Assembly: GCA_046757065.1 (NCBI GenBank)
Contig: JBHHXL010000002.1
Location: forward strand, 1-59,114
Direction: 5' to 3'
DNA: 59,114 nucleotides
Source of the DNA: Anaerolineae bacterium
GTDB taxonomy: Bacteria; Chloroflexota; Anaerolineae; 4572-78; JBHHXL01
How positions within the stretch are numbered: position 1 is the first letter of the stretch; every line of letters starts with the position of its first letter. The notes under the pieces were generated by a model. It was not told the origin of the DNA, made no database searches, and saw only the letters and a program-made list of their open reading frames with translations. Shown here in pieces: positions 8,729 to 16,659 of this stretch. Made by a program: the position numbers and the translations under genes.

Positions 8729-10485
8729 TTTCGCCTCTCTGCTTCCCTTAATTTGCGCGTTGCTTCCTGGTCGACTTCCAGGTTCTCGGTCAACACCACG
8801 CCGTAATCGCGCTGGGCGCTCTCCCGTGAGACAAATTCATTGTGCACATCCTGGCGCACGAGTTCGGGATCGCGTTCCAGGGGGTCGCCCCAACCTCCGC
8901 CGCCGGAGGCGTACAGGGTGTAGGTGTCGCCATTGCCAAGCTCGAACAGGCCCTTGCTCGGCATCTCGATCTCGGATTCACGACCTTCGTTGATGAACGG
9001 GCGGTTGACGGATCCCGGCAGCCCGCCAAACAAGCCGTAGGGCGGGTTTTTTACGCCGTCTCCGTGCATCGAGGCCGAGACTTTGGGGGCCTGCCAGCGG
9101 AGCTTGTACTTCACGCCCAGCCCGCCGCGATACTTGCCGGGGCCGCCGGAATCGATCAGGAGTTCGTGCTCCAGGTTGAGCTGCGGGCATTGGATTTCCA
9201 TCGTTTCGATGTTGGGCGAGAGCAGGCCGCCCAGGTCGATGCCGTCGGAGGTAAAGCTGATGCCGTCGGCGTCGGGGTTGGCCCCGGCGCCGCCCATCCC
9301 GCAGAAGCAGAATTGGATGAAGAAACGGCCGTTGCGCGGGTCGATGCCGGTGAAAGTCGGACCGGCTTTGCGGTTCCAGCCGGCGGGGACTTTGTCGGGC
9401 ACGGCCTGGGCCAACGCCAGCCACATTGCTTCGAGGATGGCGCAGGCGGTGTCGAGCGTGGCGCTGGCGACCGGGGCGGGGGGCCGCGGATTGACCAGGC
9501 AGCCCTCCGGCGCGACCACTTTGATGGGCAGGTAAGCGCCCTCCGTACGCGGCACTTCCTGGCCGATCGTCGTCATAACGGCCACATAAACCGAGGTCGC
9601 CGAATTCGCCAGCGGGCTGTTGATCGGCCCGCGCGTCTGGGGGTGGGTGCCGCTGAAGTCGGCCGTCATCTCGTCGCCCTCAACCGTCAGAGTCACCTTG
9701 ATGTTCACCTCATGGGCGTCGAATCCGTCGTCGTCGAGGATGGCTTCCCCGACATAGACGCCGTCGGGCAGGGCAGAGATGGCGGTGCGCATCTGGCTCT
9801 CGGCGTATTCCTGGATGCCTTGCATCACGGCCTTCATCGTGTCGCGACCGTATTCAGATACCATACCCGTCAGGCGCGCCTCGGCTACATCGCAGGAGGC
9901 GATCTGGGCGCGGATGTCGCTCCAGAGCATCTCCGGCAAGCGGGTGTTGATCTTGACCAGCTCGACCACGTCTGGAATGGGGCGGTTGTCGCGACAGATG
10001 CGCAGCGGGGGGACGCGGATGCCCTCGTGGAAGATCTCCGTCGCCATCGGGCTGTAGCTGCCGGCCGTCATCCCGCCGACGTCCTCGTGATGGGCGCGGT
10101 TGATCGCCATAAAGAGCATCTCGTCGTCGACGAAGATCGGCTTGACCACGGTCAGGTCGGCCAGATGGGTGCCGCCGGTATAAGCGTCGTTGATCAGAAA
10201 AATGTCGCCGGGGCGGATGTCGCCGGCGAAGCGTTCGGTAATGGACTTGGCCGCAATCATCGAGGAAGCGGTGTGCGACGGAATACCGTCCACCTGCGCT
10301 ACAATGCGCGGCACCCAATCGCAGATGGCGCACGAAAAGTCATGCACCTCGGCAAAGATCTGCGAGCGGGATGTGCGCATCATCGTGATCCCCATCTCTT
10401 TGTTGATGTTCTGCAATCTATGGAAAACCACAGAAAATGTGACGGGATCGACGCCGTAAGCGCCGGATTCCATTGAAAGTGCCAT
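8725..10485 (-). CDS. hyuB: Hydantoinase B / oxoprolinase family
   Basis: 586 aa with family-typical N-terminus DPVTFSVVFHRL and C-terminal GGGGWGDPLERDPELV. Confidence 0.9.
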   Translation of the reverse strand: MALSMESGAYGVDPVTFSVVFHRLQNINKEMGITMMRTSRSQIFAEVHDFSCAICDWVPRIVAQVDGIPSHTASSMIAAKSITERFAGDIRPGDIFLINDAYTGGTHLADLTVVKPIFVDDEMLFMAINRAHHEDVGGMTAGSYSPMATEIFHEGIRVPPLRICRDNRPIPDVVELVKINTRLPEMLWSDIRAQIASCDVAEARLTGMVSEYGRDTMKAVMQGIQEYAESQMRTAISALPDGVYVGEAILDDDGFDAHEVNIKVTLTVEGDEMTADFSGTHPQTRGPINSPLANSATSVYVAVMTTIGQEVPRTEGAYLPIKVVAPEGCLVNPRPPAPVASATLDTACAILEAMWLALAQAVPDKVPAGWNRKAGPTFTGIDPRNGRFFIQFCFCGMGGAGANPDADGISFTSDGIDLGGLLSPNIETMEIQCPQLNLEHELLIDSGGPGKYRGGLGVKYKLRWQAPKVSASMHGDGVKNPPYGLFGGLPGSVNRPFINEGRESEIEMPSKGLFELGNGDTYTLYASGGGGWGDPLERDPELVRQDVHNEFVSRESAQRDYGVVLTENLEVDQEATRKLREAERRK

Positions 10486-10571
10486 AGGGGTGCTCTCGAT
10501 TATCTATAGAGTCCGAAGAGTCCGACAGTCCCTGCGGGGCGACACCGACAATGAAAACAGCGGAGGCGGCC

Positions 10572-10699
10572 GCTATTTTCAAGGGAGCGTGAAAATGTCA
10601 TTCCGAGCGCAGCGAAGGAATCTCCACCTTTGGGGCGCGGAGACTGCTTCGCCCTCTTCGGGGGCTCGCAGTGACATAACACGGCTATTTTCAAGGGAG
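10572..10699. repeat. 16-bp direct repeats GCTATTTTCAAGGGAG flanking a 96-bp palindromic insert
   Basis: The direct repeats are at 10572-10587 and 10684-10699. The insert contains GTCATTCCGAGCG...GGAATC, a core also present at 28.41 kb. A third copy of the direct-repeat motif lies at 7491-7506 in reverse orientation. Confidence 0.55.
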
Positions 10700-10736
10700 A
10701 TAGAAATTACGCAGTTGAATGTGTCACCGCAGAGAA

Positions 10737-11633
10737 TCATTCGTGAACGAGATGGAGTTCCCGCAAGACTTCGCGGATGTCGTTTTTCTCCGTTTCGGTT
10801 AACTCAGGTAAAGGGCGCCGCACTTTGCCACAGGCCAGACCCATCATATGCAGGGCCTCTTTAGCCGGCGCCACGTAACCCGGGTCATACTCCAGGAAAC
10901 GATTGAGGTTTTGAAGCCGGTTATGAAGAACTCGGGCCTCTTTGTAACGGCCCGCCATCGTGCTATTGTAAAGGTCCACCATCTGTTGGGGGCAGATGGT
11001 GGCCGCCGTTGAGAATATGCCGGTTGCACCGACGCACAGGGCCGCGTAGAATTGGCTGTCAATCCCGGTGCAGATCGAAATTTTCTCCCCGGCCAGACGG
11101 ATGACCTCGACCAGTTGCCCGAGATCATCCTGGCTTTGTTTAAGACCGATGATGTTCTCGACCTCTGCCAGGCGGGCGATCAAAGCTGGCGACAGATTAT
11201 TGCCGGTGTATAGCGGGTTGTTGTAAACGACAACGGGAAGGGGCGAATTCTTTGCCAGCTCGGTGTAGTGCAGGTACAAAGCCTCTTCGGGTAGAATGAA
11301 ATAGTATGGCGGCGTGACAATCGCCGCCGCCGCACCCACCGCCGCCGCGTCCTCGGTGAGCAAGATCGCTTCGAGCGTGCTGCAGGCAGCAGTCCCGGCA
11401 ATAATTGGCACTCGACCTTCGGTGGCCTCGACGACGATTTGCGTGACACGTTTTCGTTCCTCGCGCAGGAGGAGTGGAAACTCTCCGGTGCCTCCGGTGG
11501 TCATGATCGCGTGGACACCGTTTTCGACGACGTAATTGGTCACGGCGCGCAAAGCGGATTCATCTAATTGCTCATCGTCTCCGAGGGGAGTAATGATGGC
11601 GGGGATCACCCCATTGAGATCGTCTTTGTTCAT
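10737..11633 (-). CDS. Dihydrodipicolinate synthase / N-acetylneuraminate lyase family class I aldolase
   Basis: 298 aa with TTGGTGEFPLL and the Schiff-base lysine context IIGLKQS. Confidence 0.85.
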   Translation of the reverse strand: MNKDDLNGVIPAIITPLGDDEQLDESALRAVTNYVVENGVHAIMTTGGTGEFPLLLREERKRVTQIVVEATEGRVPIIAGTAACSTLEAILLTEDAAAVGAAAAIVTPPYYFILPEEALYLHYTELAKNSPLPVVVYNNPLYTGNNLSPALIARLAEVENIIGLKQSQDDLGQLVEVIRLAGEKISICTGIDSQFYAALCVGATGIFSTAATICPQQMVDLYNSTMAGRYKEARVLHNRLQNLNRFLEYDPGYVAPAKEALHMMGLACGKVRRPLPELTETEKNDIREVLRELHLVHE

Positions 11634-11667
11634 CGGGTGGCTCCTCCCTCCTTATCATAAGGGTGTT

Positions 11668-12366
11668 TTAAGGTGTTCCGTCCTCAAAATCTTCATCGTC
11701 GAGATTGGTGAGTACCAGTTCGCCCGCCTCAACGATATGATCAACAAGCGTTTTCTGCGCCAACTCAATGTCGCCTGCGCGCAGGGCTTCGATAATCGGG
11801 TAATGGGTGTCAACGACGTCGTGCGGGTTATCGTACAGTTGGTCCTTGATGGAAAAAAATAGGCGTAGTTGGGCAGACATGCGTAGCCAGGCGCGGATCA
11901 ACCGGCTGTTGTGGGAGCTATCGACGATACGCTCGTGAAAAGCATGATCCCATTCGACCAACTGGGATATATCGCGCTCTTCTGCTGCCTGGCGCATCTT
12001 ATTTACCAACGCCTCAAGTTCGTCGATTTCGGCCGGTGTCATATGGGGTAAAGCAAGTTTGACGGCCAGGCTTTCCAGGGCAGTGCGTAGGGTGTAAATC
12101 TCCTCGATGTCCTGGCGCTTCAGTTTGATAACAAACGAACCCTTACGCGGAATGCTGACGACAAAGCCCTCTTCCTCCAGCAACCGGATGGCTTCACGAA
12201 CAGGTGCCCTGCTGGTGCCCATTTGCTCAGCAATGGCGGTTTCTACCAAACGAGCGCCGGGTTTGAGCGCCCCGGCCTCGATCGCCTGCCGAATGTTGTT
12301 AACCACTTGTTCCCGCAGCGATTTGTCATCAACCTGTCTGAAAATTTGGCTTGATTCAAAGGTCAT
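11668..12366 (-). CDS. GntR-family transcriptional regulator (FadR/FCD subfamily)
   Basis: 232 aa. Winged HTH AIAEQMGTSRAPVREAIRLLEEEGFVVSIPRKGSFV followed by an all-helical FCD-like C-domain. Confidence 0.9.
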   Translation of the reverse strand: MTFESSQIFRQVDDKSLREQVVNNIRQAIEAGALKPGARLVETAIAEQMGTSRAPVREAIRLLEEEGFVVSIPRKGSFVIKLKRQDIEEIYTLRTALESLAVKLALPHMTPAEIDELEALVNKMRQAAEERDISQLVEWDHAFHERIVDSSHNSRLIRAWLRMSAQLRLFFSIKDQLYDNPHDVVDTHYPIIEALRAGDIELAQKTLVDHIVEAGELVLTNLDDEDFEDGTP

Positions 12367-12386
12367 AGTTACATCCAGTGTTTTTA

Positions 12387-13133
12387 CTAGGCTGCGGACC
12401 AGCCTCCGTCCACATAAAAAACGCCGCCGGTAATATAGCTTGAGGCTGAAGAGGCGAGTAGAAGCGCAGCCCCTACAACCTCGTCAGGCTTACCCAAACG
12501 ACGCATCGGGGTGCGCTGGATGATGCTCTCTAATAGCCAGGGGGTATCTTCTAAACCGGCTGTCATATCCGTCTCGATGTAGCCCGGAGCGATGGCATTT
12601 ACCTGGACGTTGTATTCAGCCCACTCCTGGGCCAGAACGCGAGTGACCTGGAGCAGCCCTCCTTTGGCGGCGCAATACGCAACGAATTTTGGTAAGCCCG
12701 TGCTGGCTCCGATTGAGACAATGTTGATAACCTTGCCCTGGCGTTGCTCAACCATCACCCGCCCAACGGCCTGGCAACACAAAAAAGTGCCCGTTAGATT
12801 GACCGCCAAAATTCGGTTCCAATCCTTCTCTTTGAGTTTCAGCGCACGGGTGTACACCGGGCTAATCCCGGCATTGTTGATGAGCACATCGATCCGGCCG
12901 AACGCCTGCAAAGTTGCCCCGGCTAATGCGGAGACGTCAGATGATTGACTCACATCCGTCGGCACACCCAGACCACGCCGGCCGCGGGTTTTGACTTCCT
13001 CAACGACGCGTTCGACATCTTGCCGGGTGCGGCTCGCGATGACCACATCTGCGCCCGCCTCGGCTAAACCAAGCGCGAGCGACCGGCCTATGCCGCGGCT
13101 ACCCCCCGTCACAATGGCGACCTTGCCGTCCAA
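12387..13133 (-). CDS. Short-chain dehydrogenase/reductase (FabG-like)
   Basis: 248 aa with TGGSRGIG, NNAG and the catalytic YCAAK. Confidence 0.9.
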   Translation of the reverse strand: MDGKVAIVTGGSRGIGRSLALGLAEAGADVVIASRTRQDVERVVEEVKTRGRRGLGVPTDVSQSSDVSALAGATLQAFGRIDVLINNAGISPVYTRALKLKEKDWNRILAVNLTGTFLCCQAVGRVMVEQRQGKVINIVSIGASTGLPKFVAYCAAKGGLLQVTRVLAQEWAEYNVQVNAIAPGYIETDMTAGLEDTPWLLESIIQRTPMRRLGKPDEVVGAALLLASSASSYITGGVFYVDGGWSAA

Positions 13134-13190
13134 GGAAAAATCGATTGGAGCACCCCTTTAGCTTCTACAATGCTTGTCTCGAAGAATATG

Positions 13191-13248
13191 CGTCGACTGT
13201 CGACAGTCGACGTTATACAATTCTAACATGCCCGGAATCTTTTGTCAA
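13191..13248 (-). promoter_or_regulatory. Promoter P1(-) with operator O1
   Basis: On the minus strand: TTGACA (13248-13243), 17-nt spacer, TAGAAT (13225-13220), 7 nt, then the perfect 22-bp palindrome CGTCGACTGTCGACAGTCGACG (13191-13212). It lies 58 nt upstream of the SDR start. Confidence 0.7.
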
Positions 13249-13293
13249 CTCATCTATCGCTAAATTTCGAACCCAAGGCATGCTAATTGCTAA

Positions 13294-13350
13294 TTGACAG
13301 CCACAAATTATTATGCTAGAATAAAGATCGTCGACTGTCGACAGTCGACG
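13294..13350 (+). promoter_or_regulatory. Promoter P2(+) with operator O2
   Basis: TTGACA 13294-13299, 17-nt spacer, TAGAAT 13317-13322, 6 nt, then the perfect 22-bp palindrome 13329-13350. Confidence 0.6.
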
Positions 13351-13386
13351 TTGTGCAATTCTAGCACACCAAAAATCTTTTGTCAA
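13329..13386 (-). promoter_or_regulatory. Promoter P3(-) sharing operator O2 (face-to-face with P2)
   Basis: On the minus strand: TTGACA (13386-13381), 17-nt spacer, TAGAAT (13363-13358), 7 nt, then the same palindrome 13329-13350. Confidence 0.55.
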
Positions 13387-13403
13387 CTCGCCTCGTAAAA
13401 CGG

Positions 13404-13585
13404 GGTCCACGAACGATCTGTTGGGAATTCACCGACTTGCCCTGAGGCGGAGCGTTGAAACGCCCGGCTGATACAGAAAAACCTGTTGAAACAGGTTAAT
13501 ACAGCCTTTTAGTGTGTTTTTAACACACTTTTCGTATCAGCCGATGATTTCAATCATCGGGTTAAAAACAGATCGTTCGTGGACC
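13404..13585. other. 182-nt multi-helix palindromic element (candidate leader/ncRNA or MITE)
   Basis: A perfect 19-bp closing inverted repeat, GGTCCACGAACGATCTGTT / AACAGATCGTTCGTGGACC. An inner 10-bp helix (13465-13474 with 13534-13543) encloses two hairpins. A further hairpin at 13541-13560 competes for 3 nt. GC content is lower than the surroundings. Confidence 0.6.
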
Positions 13586-13602
13586 GACCGAACGTATGCT
13601 AA

Positions 13603-13659
13603 TTGACAACCACGAATTATTGTGCTAGAATAAAAATCGTCGACTGTCGACAGTCGACA
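13603..13659 (+). promoter_or_regulatory. Promoter P4(+) with operator O3
   Basis: TTGACA 13603-13608, 17-nt spacer, TAGAAT 13626-13631, 6 nt, then the palindrome at 13638-13659 (21 of 22 positions match). It lies 31 nt upstream of the CoA-ligase ATG. Confidence 0.7.
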
Positions 13660-13689
13660 AAACCCCGAGGATGGTTCATTTCACGCCAG

Positions 13690-15102
13690 ATGATGCCCAA
13701 GATCGTTCCCTCACCTATGTACTCTACCCGAAAGAGCGCTTCGCGGGAAACGTTGAAGCAAACCCAGTTGGCACGCTTGAAGCGCCAGTTGGATTATGTC
13801 TACCAGTGCAGCCCGTTTTACCGGATGCGGTTTGATGCGGCCGGGGTTTCCCCTGGCGATGTGCGCAGCCTGGCGGACATTCGCCGTCTGCCCCTGCTAA
13901 CAAAGGAGGATTTGCTGGCGGATCAGGAAGGGCAGCCTCCTTACGGGGCCCGGTTGTGTGTTTCGGAAGACAAGATTGCCATGCTGATTCTCACCAGCGG
14001 CACCTCCGGCGTCGGGCAGGAAGCGTATGCCATGACGCGGCTGGACGTCGAGTTTGGCGGCAGCGCCTGGACCAACTGGTACTATCGCTGCGGCCTGCGG
14101 AAGGGCGACCAGATTCTGCTCACCTGGCCGTTGGGCACCAATTCCGGGCCGCAAGGCGCTTTCCTGGGGGCCTACAAGCTCGGCGCCAATACTCTTCCCA
14201 TTGCCCCCTATGATAGCCGGTCCAAACTCCAAACTTATCTGCTGAAGTTCAACCCGGCCGGCATTGTGGTTACACCCGCCTATTTGTCCCACCTGACTGT
14301 TTTGTGCGAAGAATTGGGCATCGATCCAAAGCAACAATTCCGGAATCTTAAGGCGATTATGATTGCAACCGAGGCGTACCCAACCTCCTGGGCGCAACGA
14401 ATGGAGTCAATCTGGGGAACGCGGCTTTATGAACTCTATGGTAACACACAACAGGGAGGGCTGGCCGCCGGCTGTTGCGAAGCCGGCGTACTGACCGAAG
14501 ATGGCGGACGCGGCTGTTTGCACCTTGACGAGTGGAGCACCTTGTTTGAGGTGATCGACCCTGAAACTCACGAACCGGTGGCTCCCGGGGAAGTCGGCGA
14601 GCTGGTCCTGACCAACCTCTTCCGGGAAGGCTCGCCGCTGGTCCGTTTCCGGACGAAGGACCGGGTTCGATTCCTGCCCCACACCTCTTGCACTTGCGGC
14701 CGACCGACAGATTGCATAGAGGCCGGCACCGTCGCGCGCTACGATGATATGATGAAGATCCGCGCCCAAAATGTTTGGCCGGAAGCGGTCGATTCGCTTA
14801 TTCTCGCCCATCCCGAAATCGAAGAATACCAGGGCCGGGTGTATGTGGACGACCGCGGCCGGGAACAGGTGGAAGTGAAAATCGAATTCAAGGTTGGGTT
14901 GTTGACTGAAGAGGCCAAACGCCGATTGTTGAATAATCTTACGGCTGAACTTCGCCGTGGGGTTGGCATATCTATGGATCTTTCCGAAGCCCCGGCAGGT
15001 TCGCTGGAGCGTTTTGTTTTCAAAACCCGGCGTTGGACCGATGAACGCAAAAAGGGCCTGGAACGGGTGCTCCACACGGCCGCTGGTGCACGCAAGGAGT
15101 GA
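13690..15102 (+). CDS. Phenylacetate-CoA ligase / coenzyme F390 synthetase-family (PaaK-like) acyl-CoA ligase
   Basis: The ORF-track start at 13603 is a TTG inside the -35 hexamer. Family similarity begins near MMPK (13690): QLARLKRQLDYVYQCSPFYR, LTSGTSG. Confidence 0.85.
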   Translation: MMPKIVPSPMYSTRKSASRETLKQTQLARLKRQLDYVYQCSPFYRMRFDAAGVSPGDVRSLADIRRLPLLTKEDLLADQEGQPPYGARLCVSEDKIAMLILTSGTSGVGQEAYAMTRLDVEFGGSAWTNWYYRCGLRKGDQILLTWPLGTNSGPQGAFLGAYKLGANTLPIAPYDSRSKLQTYLLKFNPAGIVVTPAYLSHLTVLCEELGIDPKQQFRNLKAIMIATEAYPTSWAQRMESIWGTRLYELYGNTQQGGLAAGCCEAGVLTEDGGRGCLHLDEWSTLFEVIDPETHEPVAPGEVGELVLTNLFREGSPLVRFRTKDRVRFLPHTSCTCGRPTDCIEAGTVARYDDMMKIRAQNVWPEAVDSLILAHPEIEEYQGRVYVDDRGREQVEVKIEFKVGLLTEEAKRRLLNNLTAELRRGVGISMDLSEAPAGSLERFVFKTRRWTDERKKGLERVLHTAAGARKE

Positions 15103-15107
15103 GACTT

Positions 15108-15287
15108 ATGACCTCTGGCGAAATCATCGAGCGTTTGAAGGAGTTGCTGGCTGCCGTGCAAGAATTGGCTGCCCTGCGCGATCCTGCGCTTGAAGGAGAT
15201 ATACAAATCTTGCTCGCCGTTCTGGTGGACAAACTCCGCTACCTGGACCCGGCCGGCGACTATCCACACCAGGTGGAATACGAATGA
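15108..15287 (+). CDS. Small hypothetical protein (59 aa), translationally coupled
   Basis: AAGGAG lies 8 nt upstream of the ATG at 15108. The stop overlaps the next start (ATGA 15284-15287). No recognisable domain. Confidence 0.4.
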   Translation: MTSGEIIERLKELLAAVQELAALRDPALEGDIQILLAVLVDKLRYLDPAGDYPHQVEYE

Positions 15288-16174
15288 CCCTACGACCCTT
15301 TGCCTACGTTGAACCGAAACAGTTGGACGAGGCGGTGGCGGCCCTCGTCGAATACAGCTCCGAGGCTATGCTGCTGGCCGGCGGGACCGATCTGCTGGTC
15401 ATGATGAAATCCGGGCTTGTCAGCCCGAAGGCGATCATCAATTTGAAGCGTGTCCCGGGGCTGGCCGGAATCACCACCGGGAATGGAGATGTGCGCCTGG
15501 GGACGCTGACGACGTTCCGGGCGATTGAAACTTCGGCCCTGCTGCAGGAGCGATGCCCGGCCTTGCCAGAGGCGGCTAAGTGGCTGGGCTCGGTCCAGAT
15601 CCGCCACCTGGCTACGCTGGGCGGCAATGTTTGCCGGGCCTCGCCCAGCGCCGAGTCCGCGCCGCCGCTGATTGCGCTGGGCGCTCAGGCTCACATCGTG
15701 GGGCCGGACGGCGAGCGCGCGCTGCCGCTGGATGAATTCTTCACCGGTCCGGGAACCACGGTTCTGGCCCCCGGAGAGATTCTGACGGAAATCCGCGTGC
15801 CAGTGCCCGCCGCCAGGTCGGGCGCTGCCTACTTGCGGCGGAGCATCCGGCCTTTGATGGACCTGGCCATCGTTAACGTGGCCGCGTCGGTCACGCTCGA
15901 TGAGGCGGGCCAGTCGTTCGTCGATGCCCGTATCGCGCTTGGCGCTGTGGCGCCCACGCCAATCCGGGCCCGCCAGGCCGAGGCGGCGCTGCGCGGCCAA
16001 CCGGCAACCGAGACCGTTCTGGAAGCGGCTGCCGCGCTGGCCGCCGAAGAAGCCCGACCGATCACCGATGTGCGCAGCACCGCCGATTACCGGCGGGCAA
16101 TGGTGCGTCTTCTGACGCGACGCGCCCTTGAACGGGCGCTCGCCCGTGCTACGGAGGACTCTCTGCCAACATGA
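15284..16174 (+). CDS. Xanthine dehydrogenase-family FAD-binding (medium) subunit
   Basis: 296 aa with [27 protein letters not shown] and [12 protein letters not shown]. There is no Cys-rich insertion of the 4-hydroxybenzoyl-CoA reductase type. Confidence 0.9.
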   Translation: MTLRPFAYVEPKQLDEAVAALVEYSSEAMLLAGGTDLLVMMKSGLVSPKAIINLKRVPGLAGITTGNGDVRLGTLTTFRAIETSALLQERCPALPEAAKWLGSVQIRHLATLGGNVCRASPSAESAPPLIALGAQAHIVGPDGERALPLDEFFTGPGTTVLAPGEILTEIRVPVPAARSGAAYLRRSIRPLMDLAIVNVAASVTLDEAGQSFVDARIALGAVAPTPIRARQAEAALRGQPATETVLEAAAALAAEEARPITDVRSTADYRRAMVRLLTRRALERALARATEDSLPT

Positions 16175-16659
16175 AGCTACTCGTCTCGCTAAACGTAAAC
16201 GGACAAACTTACGACCTGGCCGTTGCTCCACACCGGACGCTTCTGGACGTCTTGCGCGAAGATATAGGGCTGACCGGAACAAAACGCGGTTGCGATGACG
16301 GCGACTGCGGCGCGTGTACGGTGCTGATCGACGGCGAGCCGGTCACGTCGTGCCTGGTGCTGGCCGTGGATGGCCAGGGTAAGGCCATCACGACCATCGA
16401 GGGCCTGGCCGTCGACGGCCAGTTGCACCCGGTACAGCAAGCGTTTATCGACTATGGCGGCCTGCAATGTGGTTTTTGCACGCCGGGGATGATTCTGGCC
16501 GCCAAACACCTGCTCGAACAAAATCCAAATCCTACGGATGAGGAGATCAGTCTTGGCCTGGCCGGTAATTTGTGCCGCTGTACGGGGTACGTACAGATAC
16601 TGGAAGCGGTCGCGGCCTGCCGGGAAGACAATGGTGTTGTGGCGGAGGATTCTCAATGA
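16171..16659 (+). CDS. Xanthine dehydrogenase-family [2Fe-2S] small subunit
   Basis: 162 aa with [11 protein letters not shown] and CGFCTPG...CRCTGY cluster motifs. Overlaps both neighbours by 4 nt. Confidence 0.9.
   Translation: MKLLVSLNVNGQTYDLAVAPHRTLLDVLREDIGLTGTKRGCDDGDCGACTVLIDGEPVTSCLVLAVDGQGKAITTIEGLAVDGQLHPVQQAFIDYGGLQCGFCTPGMILAAKHLLEQNPNPTDEEISLGLAGNLCRCTGYVQILEAVAACREDNGVVAEDSQ

Noticed and set aside
8842-10476. Very long antisense ORFs in the six-frame track. Examples are 8842-10476(+), 20521-22155(-), 15290-16282(-), 17541-18773(-), 39336-40391(-), 42617-43876(-), 45478-46653(-), 51469-52953(+) and 25640-26698(-).
   Set aside because: Each lies opposite a gene with clear family motifs. 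Their products are Arg/Gly/Ala/Pro/His-rich low-complexity strings without recognisable domains or RBS. They are typical shadow ORFs of high-GC DNA.
13603-13689. N-terminal extensions of ORF-track calls. Examples are 13603 for the CoA ligase, 16572 for the Mo subunit, 18964, 23336, 31455, 36137, 40613, 45352, 48157, 53372-54280 and 57388-58944.
   Set aside because: The extensions overlap upstream genes or promoter/operator DNA; the 13603 TTG is the -35 hexamer itself. Family similarity begins at internal ATG or GTG codons that have RBS or ATGA-type coupling.
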